In this document: positions 1 to 10,634 of the stretch, one piece after another
Numbering within the stretch: the first letter of the stretch is position 1
Layout of the letters: each line of letters begins with the position of its first letter
NCBI GenBank assembly: GCA_002245135.1
Contig: NGBS01000306.1
Span: 62,001-108,255, forward strand
Length of the DNA: 46,255 nucleotides
Direction of reading: 5' to 3'
Source of the DNA: Proteromonas lacertae
Taxonomy: Eukaryota
Made by a program: the position numbers and the translations under genes
The notes under the pieces: generated by a model
What the model was told of the DNA's origin: nothing
Databases searched by the model: none
Seen by the model: only the letters and a program-made list of their open reading frames with translations

Positions 1-1
1 A

Positions 2-3000
2 ACTACAACTGCAGCAGCTAATACAACATCTAGTAATAAGAATCAAGGTGAAATATTCGTGAAATCGTTGTTGTATTTAATAGGATATGTTGCTTGTAAT
101 AACACTATCAATAATAATAATAATAATACAATTGGTATAACTGATAAACCACCAAATTTATCATTATTCTTAACATCCAATTCTACATTATTGTCATCAT
201 TAGTTTCATTGGTTTATTCATTATATTCATCATCCAATAATAACAATAAAGAATGGAGAAATATTATATTATCTTGTATAGATAAATATATATCTGCTTA
301 TCCCCATGTTATTACTTCACTTAATACATTCTTATTAGAAAACACCATAGAATCAAAATACAATAATACTGAAGAATTATATCCATTTGTAGCTAGTTTA
401 TATTTAATCAACAACAATACATTATCACGTATTTATACAGGCAGTGAGGTACAAATAGCTCATACTGATATGAAAGGTACAATAGTGAATGTAAAATCAT
501 CTAAAGAAATACAAATAGTGATAAATACATATAAACACAGCATTGAAGGTGTATTATATCCAATTGATATTACTAATAATGTGTCAAACAATCCATTTGA
601 AGGTATAAGTATTCCTACAGGTATGAAAGTTGAACCATATATTACAGCACAATATTATTTATTTAAATTAATACCAATTGCTTATGAAGAGTTGAATGTT
701 ATTCCAAATACTTTAAAAATACCAATTCTAAGTACAAAATCATCAATTGGTGATAGATTGAAGTGCTTTTTAGATTTTATATTCAGAAATAACGAGTTTA
801 CCACTATTTTAGAAACTGCAGCAATGAAAAGAGATTTAGTTAATTATGATTCATATGATATATTATTCATGACAACTATCTTATTAACTATAAAGTCATT
901 ATTTACTAATTTACAAGAAGATGAATGGTGTGATTGGTTTATTAATAATAATCTATTAAATCAATTCATTAAATTAGGATCAGCAATATTCCATCAAAAT
1001 AACGAATTCACAACAATTGAACAAATTGAAGACAAACTAGAATTCTTACAGAAAAGATATAATCATATTAAAAACAATCCAAATATACACTTACCACCTA
1101 AAAGAGATAGAAAGCAAAGTTCAGCAATCAATCCATTCTGTGTAAGAATATACAATATCTACAATCCAGTCAATATTTCTACAGAATTGTCTTCATTATG
1201 TGATGATTCATTAACTACAGAAATTGATCGATATTTAGATGATGATTTAATCAGTGGTGAATGGTTACCTAATAGTGCAAGATCCATTCCACAAGTATTA
1301 GCACCAACAGATTCAATAATATATAAAACACTTATTCAAAATGATGATGATGAATTATTATCTTGGGATTCAATAGAGAATGTGAATATAACTAATTATT
1401 ATTACCCATTAGATCCGAATCAAAGTGCTTATGGTTATAATGCATTTAGTATGTTTACTTTACCATCACCTGATGTTAAGAAGAATAATGTAGATACAGC
1501 TATTAGTGAAATATTGAGTTGTGATACTCAGAAGATGATTAACAATATTATATATTGTATTGTTCAGTTATGTATATTATATTCAAGAGGTATTGTTGTG
1601 GAAGTATTTGATAAATATAATAAGAAAATTAAACATAATAATTATTCAACAAAACCTAAAGTAATTAGTGAAGAAAATGAGAAAGAAAAAGAGAAAGAAA
1701 ATGATAAAATATCGATTAAATCCATGTCAATTCCTGACTTTATTCGATTTATTAAACTCACTGTTTGTAGAGGTATTCAATTAGGTCCAATTCCCTATAA
1801 GTTATGTGATAATAATCTCTCATTTGGTGGTTATTATACAGGATGGATTAATGATAATTATAAATATGGATTAAACTCAACTTGTATAGAAAATCCATCT
1901 TCTAAAATAATGGGAGAAATGATACAGTTATTTATTAAACAATCTGATGAGTTTACAACTGAATTAATATCATTATTTAAGATAATCATTAGTGGTTGTA
2001 GTACAGGTCAATATAGAAGTGTGAAGTGGGGAATAAGAAGTTTGAATATGAATGATCGACAAGCTTATTTCACTTATAATTTAGAATTAGCATATTGGAT
2101 ATACTTTAAGATAAGTGAAGTTGATAAAAAACCATTATTGAATAATGAAGTATTGAGTTTATTGTTTAAATCAACAACAGCACCAAATTGTTATTTTAGA
2201 AAAGCAATATTCCAGATGTTGAGTTGTTTGTTAAGAGAATATCGATATGAAGATAAATATAGTGAAATTCCACAATTCTTAATAGATATTATAAAGCAAT
2301 ATCCAATATCAATAATTTACCAACATTTCAAATATCAATTAGAAGCTGAACAATCAATGGAAATAATCTATTATAGTGATTATATTACTAGTTTTATGGA
2401 ATATTTAACTAGTTTAATATCAATATTACATAGAATAAATGACAATGAAGAAGAAGAAGAACTACCAATAGTGAATGTAGAAATAAAGAATATAAGTGAA
2501 TATGGCTGTTTTATTACTTTACCAATACCAACATCAAAACTAGTAACAGGTTATAGTGTGAAAATAAGTAGAGATAATTCAAATGATATGATAATACAAC
2601 ATATAGAATCACAAGTATATGATTTAAATTGCTTAGAACCAAATAGTCAAGCTGAAATCAGTGTAAGATGTGAAAGTTTCCTTAAGAATGGAGAATGGTC
2701 TAAACCAATCAAAATCCATACAAAAGAAGGAATAGAATTACACTTTAATACACCTCGTAATATAGAGAATAAGAATATATCAATATGTAATGATGGTTTA
2801 ACCATCTGTTATAACACTGGTAATAAATGGACGACATTACTTGGAAGAGTGTGTTTATGGAGTGGAAAAATGTCTTTTTCCATAAGAATAGATGAAGCTA
2901 TTAGTAGTAATATCTTTATTGGTGTAGCAAATCCATTAATTGATTCTAATAATTACTTAGGAAGTGATAACTATGGATGGGGTTATATGGCTGATCAAGA

Positions 3001-5515
3001 ACTATATCATGGTAATAAAACTATAGATTATGGTGAGAAATATACAGTAAATGATATAATAACAGTAAATGTAGATTTAGATCGAGGAATAGTGTCTTTC
3101 AGTAAGAATGGAAAGAATTTTGGTGTAGCATTTGAACAAGTTACTGGTCCACTTTGTGCAGCTGTTTCTCTATTTAATAATGGTCAGAAGTTGTCTTTAT
3201 TAAGAGACTGTATTGAAATACCAAAAGATAGAGAATTCTATAATATTCGAAAGAAAGAAATTTCCTTAATAGAAATTGAAGAATGTGAAAGGATATTTGA
3301 ATCAATAATTGGTGAAACAGATTTCCCAGAATCATTCATAGATAAAGCTTACAATTACTATATAAAGTGGAGAAAGAATAATATAATGAGATATATAACT
3401 CAATATAACAATTTAATTGAAATAGATTCATCTGAATCGACATTATCTTATTATGGATTCAAGCCAAATCAAATTGTAATAACTCCAAGTGGTAAAGCGA
3501 AAGTATTAGGAGTTGGTGAGAAGAAATTATGGTTTATGAAAGAAAAGAATCATGAATTATGTTTTTACAGATCTTCTGATTTGAATAATATTACAGTAAT
3601 CAATACTCCAAATGATCCAACTTATCTACTAGAAAAAGAATATAAAATATTGTCAAAAGAAGAATTTAAATATGCTTCAAATAATAAATTATGGAATAAG
3701 AATGTTGATATAAAGTTATGTTCATTAATCAAACAATTATCTAAAGACTATACAAACAATATCTCCTGTATGGATGTGTTGAATAAGATGATAAATCCAT
3801 TAGAACAATATTTCAGTGTAAGTGAGTTGGGATATTCAATATATGACATAGTTAGTAGTAGAACAGTAATCATATTATTATTAACAGATTATGTACAGAA
3901 TTATGGAAAACCATTGAATTATTCACTTGCTTATTGTAATGATTATATTGAAGATAATAATAATAATAAGAATATCAATCCACCAATGTCACATTTAGCA
4001 TATTTATCAACACATTTGAAGTATTTACCATTATTAAATAAACATAATTACTTGCAATATTGTTTAAGTAAGACTTCTACACAAACTAAAGTAGATGAAG
4101 ATGATTATGAATATCCAGATGAAATGATAACACTACATTTATTCCGTAATAAAGCCTTTGTCTCTAAGAATAAACTAGATCCAGATACAAGAATGTCTAA
4201 CTCTTTATTTGGTCAATCATTTGAACAGTTACATTTCTGTGATATAAATGCATTAAGAATTTCTTATTTACATCCACTGGATGATTATCAAAGACGTACA
4301 TTTAAAGTTCATTTTGATGGTGAAGGTGTGGATGATTATGGTGGTCCATATAGAGAATGTTTTTCACAATATTGTACAGAACTTCAAGCTACAAAGATAA
4401 TATCCAATTATAATGGTCAGAATATAAAGAAAGAAGTATGTATATTACCATTATTAATGCCAACTCCTAATCGACAGAGTCATTGTGGACTATATCAAGA
4501 TTGTTTTATGATCAATTGTGGAAGTATTCGAGTAGGAAATGGAGCAGCTCATTTGTATTTAGAATTATATAATTTCTTTGGTCAAATCTTAGGAATGGCA
4601 ATTCGAAGTAATCTAGTATTAGAATTCAATTTCCCACCAATATTCTGGAAATTATTAGTAGGAGATAGTCTTAAATATGATGATATTGAATGTTATGATA
4701 CATTTACATACAATCAATTAAAAGATATCGAATATCATTATGATAATATGAAGAAAGGAAGTAAAGAAAGTAAAGAGTATTTGGAATATATAATCGATGA
4801 TTTAACATGGAGTACTTATACAAGTGATGGATATTTAGTGAATATAATTCCAAATGGTTCAAATATCTCATTACAAATAGATGATGATTTATTATATTAT
4901 GTGAAATGCATTAGAGATATTCGATTAAATGAATTTTCTCGAGGAATGCAAGCAATTCGAGATGGTTTATTAACAATAATTCCATCAAGTACAATTGGTA
5001 ATTTAACATGGGATGAATTAGAATACTTAGTATGTAATGATAGTAATATATCCGTTGAAGAATTGAAGAGTATAACTGAATATGATGATAATTTATCTGT
5101 TACACATCCATTAATGATAATGTTTTGGAAAGTATTTGAATCATTTAATAACAATGAAAGAAAGCAGTTTATTCGATTTGTTTCAGCTCGAAGTCATATA
5201 CCTAAAGGAAACATGGCTCAGAAATTCAAAATTCAAAAATCTGTTTGTTTAGATGGTCAACCTGATAAGATGTTACCTATAGCTCATACTTGTTTCTTTT
5301 CTTTAAATCTTCCAGAATATTCAACCTTTGAAATAATGAGAGAAAAGATATTATATTCAATAGCAAATTGTTTAGAAATGGATGCTGATTATCGATTAAC
5401 TGATAATGAAATTGGAGGTTGGGGTGATGATTTTGATGATAATTCGAATGGTAATGGTAGTAATACTAATCGAAATGGTATTAGCACAATTAATAGAAGT
5501 TTAAATTCTGAATAA
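2..5515 (+). CDS. HECT E3 ubiquitin ligase with FN3 and SPRY domains (5'-truncated by the window edge)
   Basis: The frame is open from base 2. FN3-like segment (YDLNCLEPNS...SVRC...GEWSKPI), SPRY (IFIGVA...YGWGY...YGEKYTVNDIITVNVDLDRGIVSFSKNG) and C-terminal HECT (FDGEGVDDYGGPYRE...FIRFVSARS...LPIAHTCFFSLNLPEY with catalytic Cys). Confidence 0.93.
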   Translation, partial: TTTAAANTTSSNKNQGEIFVKSLLYLIGYVACNNTINNNNNNTIGITDKPPNLSLFLTSNSTLLSSLVSLVYSLYSSSNNNNKEWRNIILSCIDKYISAYPHVITSLNTFLLENTIESKYNNTEELYPFVASLYLINNNTLSRIYTGSEVQIAHTDMKGTIVNVKSSKEIQIVINTYKHSIEGVLYPIDITNNVSNNPFEGISIPTGMKVEPYITAQYYLFKLIPIAYEELNVIPNTLKIPILSTKSSIGDRLKCFLDFIFRNNEFTTILETAAMKRDLVNYDSYDILFMTTILLTIKSLFTNLQEDEWCDWFINNNLLNQFIKLGSAIFHQNNEFTTIEQIEDKLEFLQKRYNHIKNNPNIHLPPKRDRKQSSAINPFCVRIYNIYNPVNISTELSSLCDDSLTTEIDRYLDDDLISGEWLPNSARSIPQVLAPTDSIIYKTLIQNDDDELLSWDSIENVNITNYYYPLDPNQSAYGYNAFSMFTLPSPDVKKNNVDTAISEILSCDTQKMINNIIYCIVQLCILYSRGIVVEVFDKYNKKIKHNNYSTKPKVISEENEKEKEKENDKISIKSMSIPDFIRFIKLTVCRGIQLGPIPYKLCDNNLSFGGYYTGWINDNYKYGLNSTCIENPSSKIMGEMIQLFIKQSDEFTTELISLFKIIISGCSTGQYRSVKWGIRSLNMNDRQAYFTYNLELAYWIYFKISEVDKKPLLNNEVLSLLFKSTTAPNCYFRKAIFQMLSCLLREYRYEDKYSEIPQFLIDIIKQYPISIIYQHFKYQLEAEQSMEIIYYSDYITSFMEYLTSLISILHRINDNEEEEELPIVNVEIKNISEYGCFITLPIPTSKLVTGYSVKISRDNSNDMIIQHIESQVYDLNCLEPNSQAEISVRCESFLKNGEWSKPIKIHTKEGIELHFNTPRNIENKNISICNDGLTICYNTGNKWTTLLGRVCLWSGKMSFSIRIDEAISSNIFIGVANPLIDSNNYLGSDNYGWGYMADQELYHGNKTIDYGEKYTVNDIITVNVDLDRGIVSFSKNGKNFGVAFEQVTGPLCAAVSLFNNGQKLSLLRDCIEIPKDREFYNIRKKEISLIEIEECERIFESIIGETDFPESFIDKAYNYYIKWRKNNIMRYITQYNNLIEIDSSESTLSYYGFKPNQIVITPSGKAKVLGVGEKKLWFMKEKNHELCFYRSSDLNNITVINTPNDPTYLLEKEYKILSKEEFKYASNNKLWNKNVDIKLCSLIKQLSKDYTNNISCMDVLNKMINPLEQYFSVSELGYSIYDIVSSRTVIILLLTDYVQNYGKPLNYSLAYCNDYIEDNNNNKNINPPMSHLAYLSTHLKYLPLLNKHNYLQYCLSKTSTQTKVDEDDYEYPDEMITLHLFRNKAFVSKNKLDPDTRMSNSLFGQSFEQLHFCDINALRISYLHPLDDYQRRTFKVHFDGEGVDDYGGPYRECFSQYCTELQATKIISNYNGQNIKKEVCILPLLMPTPNRQSHCGLYQDCFMINCGSIRVGNGAAHLYLELYNFFGQILGMAIRSNLVLEFNFPPIFWKLLVGDSLKYDDIECYDTFTYNQLKDIEYHYDNMKKGSKESKEYLEYIIDDLTWSTYTSDGYLVNIIPNGSNISLQIDDDLLYYVKCIRDIRLNEFSRGMQAIRDGLLTIIPSSTIGNLTWDELEYLVCNDSNISVEELKSITEYDDNLSVTHPLMIMFWKVFESFNNNERKQFIRFVSARSHIPKGNMAQKFKIQKSVCLDGQPDKMLPIAHTCFFSLNLPEYSTFEIMREKILYSIANCLEMDADYRLTDNEIGGWGDDFDDNSNGNGSNTNRNGISTINRSLNSE

Positions 5516-6076
5516 AATAATATTTAATTTTAATTAATTGTTTTTAATTTTTATTTTGTTCTTTATTAGCAATAGCTAGATTGTGTAGTATATATAAGAA
5601 GACTTTCCATAATACTTCAACATCAATAGGATGTGGAGAAGGTTATTATATTGCTCCAATTGATATAGGTAGTGACGATTTATGTTATGCTATTAATAAT
5701 GTTGTTGTGTTTCCATTATATAATGTAGAGACAATAACAGATGTTAAAAATGCTATTGTATCAGAAAAACGTAATAAATATAAACAATATTTTATAGAAT
5801 ATTCAAAAGAAATTCAGAAAGGTTTAAGTGTTAAATTATTTACTGTTGAAGATATAAATAATTTAAGACAGAATGATATATGTTGCTTTATAAGAAAGAA
5901 TATAAGATAGTTGATTTACTACTTGGTTCTATCAAGTGATAGTTAACTTGAATATTTAGACATTTTTCTTAATTCATTCATATACTACACTACTCATCTT
6001 TAAATTATTCATATCTCTACTTAATAGTATTTTCTTATTAATATCATCAAATTACCACCGAATATGAATAATTTAA

Positions 6077-8360
6077 TCATTATCATATCATATACAATAT
6101 GCAAAAATAGATCATAATAGAGTATTATTGTCTTTATCACACCTTCTGCAATTGAATTAAATCACATTTTAATTTTGGGTTATTCAAAATTTTGATAAAA
6201 ATCTAATTTCGTTATTTTTGTTATATATTTACATAAAGATGATAATAAAAGTGAATAAAAGCATAAGAGAAGAGGGGTATATTTTGTATTTATTTTTATG
6301 ATAGATTATGTCGAAAATTGGTCGAAAGTGGTTTTGGTGATATAGAAGTGAAGATTAGAGATAGTCGAATAATGTCAATCAAATCAATTTTAGTGAATGG
6401 AAATGAAACTCTAAAGAAACTGTTGTTAGATCGTGAGTTTGTAGGAGTTTTGGAGTTATATGAAGAAATCGAAGAAATTGGCTATTATGAGATGGAGAAA
6501 TACTACAGTGGTGGTGAACTGATAATCTGTAAAGAGAGTGTGTGTGAAGTGTTGATGTTTTGTTTATGTTATTGTGAAAAAGAGATAATAAATGATTGTT
6601 ATGAATTTGTGAAGAATAATATAGATGATGAAGTATTAATGAAATTAATTCATATCTGTAATGTATTTCCAGGATGTTTGAGAGAGATAGAAAACTTGAA
6701 AAATATGGAAATAGAAAAGCGAGGATATAAATATTTATATAATAATGAATATTTGTTGAGATTAGAAATGAATAATTTGATAGAGATATTAAATATGAAA
6801 GATATGATAATTTGAAGTGAGTTATGGTTATTAAATCGCTTATTAGAATGGTATAAATTCCAAAAGAATGAGAAAGATAATAAAGAGATTAAAGATGATT
6901 TTAAACAATTGATAGAAGAAAATATCGATTGTGAAAAGATAAAAGAGAAAGAGATAGAAAAAGAGAATAAAGAAATGTTGAAAGAAATGAAAATAGAATT
7001 AAAGAAAAATGAATGTAAAAATCATATAGAAATGTATTTAATAAAAGATGATAGAATTCAAAATATAGTAATCAACAATTACAATGAAGATAAAGATGAA
7101 GAAGACTTTAATGAAGAAGAAAGAGGAATATTGGATAAGATGAAAGAAGAAGAGTTAAATGATGAAATAATGTGTATATTAGAAATGAATAAAATAAAAA
7201 TGACCGAAATAGTATTGATGATAATGAAATATAAGAATGTAAAAATGGAAAGTATAAATACTAAAAATATATTTAAATAGAATATATCTCAAATATTGAA
7301 AAGAGAAATATATTTGATAGATTATGTATAGAATATAATGAAAATAAAAGAAATCGAACAATGAAATGTTTATGTTTATTTGTTGATGATAGAAAGAGTG
7401 TTTCAATAATAGAAGAAGTATGTGGAAAAGAGATTCTTTTTAGAATATTGAATGAAGATAATTATTTAAATTCCAAATCTAAAGAATTATTAATGGAATA
7501 TATAAAAGAGAATAAATTGAGTTTCGAAGAAGAAGAAGAAATGATTGTAATAATGAAAGATAAAGAATTATTGAAAGAATTAAAAACAAAAGAAATCACA
7601 TAATTTTCATATTCTCAATCAGAATATTCATTAGGATTATATGAAGAAATGTCAATAATTCCTTCATTTGATGGAAATCGATGTGAATTTTCAATCAATC
7701 CTTCATTAGTTGATGGAATGATGATAGATCAAGAAAATGGAATAATTAATGGAAAAGTGAATAAAGAAATCAAAAATAGAGAATATGAAATAAGTTGTAA
7801 GAATAATCATAGTGAAAAGAATTTTAAAATATCATTAGAACTTATTGATGTAAAATTTACAGAATTAAACAAAAGTGATGGAATATCAATCTCAAATAAT
7901 GGAAAATTAATAACAATTACAATTTATGGTTGTTATTGTCATTGTTATTTAAATTTGAAAATGGAAAATGGAGTTTATCATATCAAATATAAATTTAATC
8001 AAAATGGAAGTGAATATGATGGTATAATGTTAGGATTATCAACTAATAATACATATTCTGGTTATGATATTTATGAACAATCAACAACATGTAATTATTA
8101 TGCATTTTATGGTGAAAGTAGAAATATTACTAGATATTGTCATATTGGAACAGTTGTTAATAAAAATCCAAATTTCAATAATCATGGAGATGGTTCAATT
8201 TATGAAGTGATAGTTGATATGAATAAAAGAGAGTTTTGGATTAGTCATAATAATTCATCTGCTGTTTTAATTGTTAAAGATTTACCTTCTCCATTATATT
8301 CATATGCTTCAGTTTGTGGACTTAAAACATCAATTGGATTATTATCAGTTTCTCAAAAAA
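6077..8360 (+). repeat. ~2.3 kb dispersed duplication (partner ~31183-33445), including ~160 bp of upstream non-coding DNA
   Basis: Near-identical upstream text (ttgtctttatcacaccttctgcaattgaatt...tttacataaagatg) and coding sequence. 7433-7707 is identical to 32540-32814. Confidence 0.92.
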
Positions 8361-8365
8361 TCTAG
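6239..8365 (+). pseudogene. BTB/BACK - putative Ig (He_PIG) - SPRY-like family, copy A (disrupted)
   Basis: ATG 6239. Removing introns 6277-6304 (28 nt) and 7252-7280 (29 nt) joins the ORF pieces in one frame. In-frame TGA 6813-6815 and TAA 7601-7603 remain. BTB-like EKYYSGGELII...VCEVL, He_PIG-like FSINPSLVDGMMIDQENGIING, SPRY-like DGSIYEVIVDMNKREFWI. Confidence 0.75.
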
Positions 8366-8519
8366 ATGTTAGTCTTTATTTATTAAACAAAATATCAAAT
8401 TTACTTAAATTCAACATAGGTTTATATGAAGAAATAATCTTATCAGCATTAGGATTTAAGTTACTCTATTTTTTATATTTCATTAAATATTGAACATATG
8501 AGATATGCAACCTCTTATC

Positions 8520-8650
8520 TGATAATTGATTGAGTTTGTATAATAAAATTGACTTTGTGATTGGGATGTGAATAATATGTAATTTTGATATTGATGCGTT
8601 ATATCAATTCAATATTTTCTTTTCCAGCTATGGATACTTTGATTTTCTAT
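8520..8650 (-). mobile_element. Relic of a CENP-B/pogo-type (HTH_Tnp_Tc5) transposase DNA-binding domain
   Basis: The minus strand reads RKSKYP*LEKKILN*YNASISKLHIIHIPITKSILL, resembling YPELE..L..W.....IPIS..IL. The stops fall where E/Q and W are expected. Confidence 0.45.
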
Positions 8651-9320
8651 CTATAATATTAATATCATCTTTATCTACATTATCCTTTTCATCATCTAAC
8701 TGTACTGGATACTTAATACATTTGTCCCCATCTCTAAATTCACTAATACTTTCGTTAGTTAATAACTTCATACTGTCATATATATAATCTACTTTGCGGT
8801 CAATCTATTATTAATGTTATAAATCCAGAATGACTTAAAATAAATCTACATTGCTTAAAGATTAGGATAATAAATATTCATTTTCCATCTATTTAAATAT
8901 ATATATGATAAAAATGAAATTATCCTTGTATTTACTTAGTATTTCTACTCATAAACTCATAATTTCTTGATCAAAAGTTATAAATATATTTAGTTGAGGT
9001 AAATATTCATTATTATAGTAGAATGTATCATTGTCATACTCATTCAACATATTCTTTATATATTCCATTATAAATTTGCTTCAATAATAAAAATTTTAGT
9101 TGCGGATGAATTTAGCACATTTACATTATATTTATATAAGCATTTTATGTGTAATTAGTCACTAGACATAATATTAAAATGAAGAATGTAAATATTCAAA
9201 ATATTACCTAATTATGACACTGTAAATGTCAATAATTATTTTATGTTTTTTTGAAGTTGTTTATTATACTATAAGCTTTAAAATACAACAACAAATAAAA
9301 ATAAAAAAAAGTCTAATCTT

Positions 9321-10602
9321 TTATTCTATTTTAGCTTTCTTCTTATCCACATTATCATCATCATCTTCTAACACAGCTTCTTCAAACTCATTTTCATCAT
9401 CATCATCATCATACAGGTAGCTGGAATTATATTTCGTACTTGTCCTTCTACTTCTTTTCGTTGTGTCAGATGAGATATTACTATCACTCATATTCAACTC
9501 TTGGGATTGTTGCATTTGTTGTGTTGGTTTAGTACTATTATATACAGGATAATATCTTTCTTCTCGAAAAGTATAGAATTTACAATCAATTGCTCCAGGT
9601 AAACCTTCTATCAACTCAGCTATGAATGGTTGAGCAAATCCAAATGTTTCTGGACCAGATATACTAGTTCCAGCTTTATTAATACCAATTTTAGATTTAG
9701 CTTTTTTGATTTTTATCAACACTTGAACCCAAGATGCTGAACAAGATTTATTGATAGAAGGATGAGTTGGATCATCACCAGCAGTCACTTTGAATAAAGG
9801 ACCACTATCTCCACCATCACATATTTCACTTCGATAGATTGTTCTACTACTTGCATCCATATAAGAAGTAGTTTCTCTTTCACTAATAAAACCAACTGGC
9901 CAAATATATTTGTCATTATAATAACTTCGTCTTGTATCTATATAACCTAATGAGATTATTGTTAATCCTTTACATTGAATTGGTAATTTGGTCTTTTCTA
10001 ATTGTTTTTTACATTTTTCATAGATTTCTTCCCTACTTAATGGTTTATCAGGTATATTATTATTATTATTACTTATATTATTATTATTATTATATGTATG
10101 ACTATTATCATTATTATTATTATCTATTAGATTTGATATATTTGGTTTAGCTAATATTATATTATCATCATCAACCATATTTGGATCATCCCAAGGTGAA
10201 GATTGGAGTAAAATTCTTAATAAAAACTTGGCTCGTTTCATTAACAACGTATCAGTTAAAGGGCGAATATTACTGCAAGGATGATAAGCATCAGCTGAAA
10301 ATGATTCATTTAGAAAACCACGAAATTCTTTATACTTTTTAAGATCACCTAAATTTCTAGATCCATATTGTTCAAGAAATATAAATAATATATAATCATG
10401 TAATTCAGGATTCCAACCTTCAGGCATTTCTTCATGTTGTTTTGGATGAGCTCGATTGATTCTAACAATCCAATTCTTTACATTCTTTTCTCCACAAGGT
10501 AATATATTCTTTCTTAATATATTCAATAATTCCATTTGATCAACTATTCTAGTTGCTACATGATAACTAATGAAATTTGTTACAGTTAATTCTTCTGGAT
10601 TT

Positions 10603-10634
<32 letters not shown>

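Noticed and set aside
5516..5580. Blastocystis-type stop codons completed by polyadenylation (TGTTTGTT motif)
   Set aside because: The genes examined have genomic stop codons, and I saw no exact motif at the expected spacing.
5581..5910. 109-aa ORF
   Set aside because: TTG start and no recognisable motif. It may be a relic but cannot be supported.
7278..7280. Shared TAG/TAA stops suggesting a reassigned genetic code
   Set aside because: The TAG is an intron acceptor. Long host genes use CAA for Gln and end in TAA, so the standard code fits.
7900..8365. Diversity-generating retroelement behind the SPRY variation
   Set aside because: No reverse transcriptase or template repeat is present, and the differences are not restricted to adenines.
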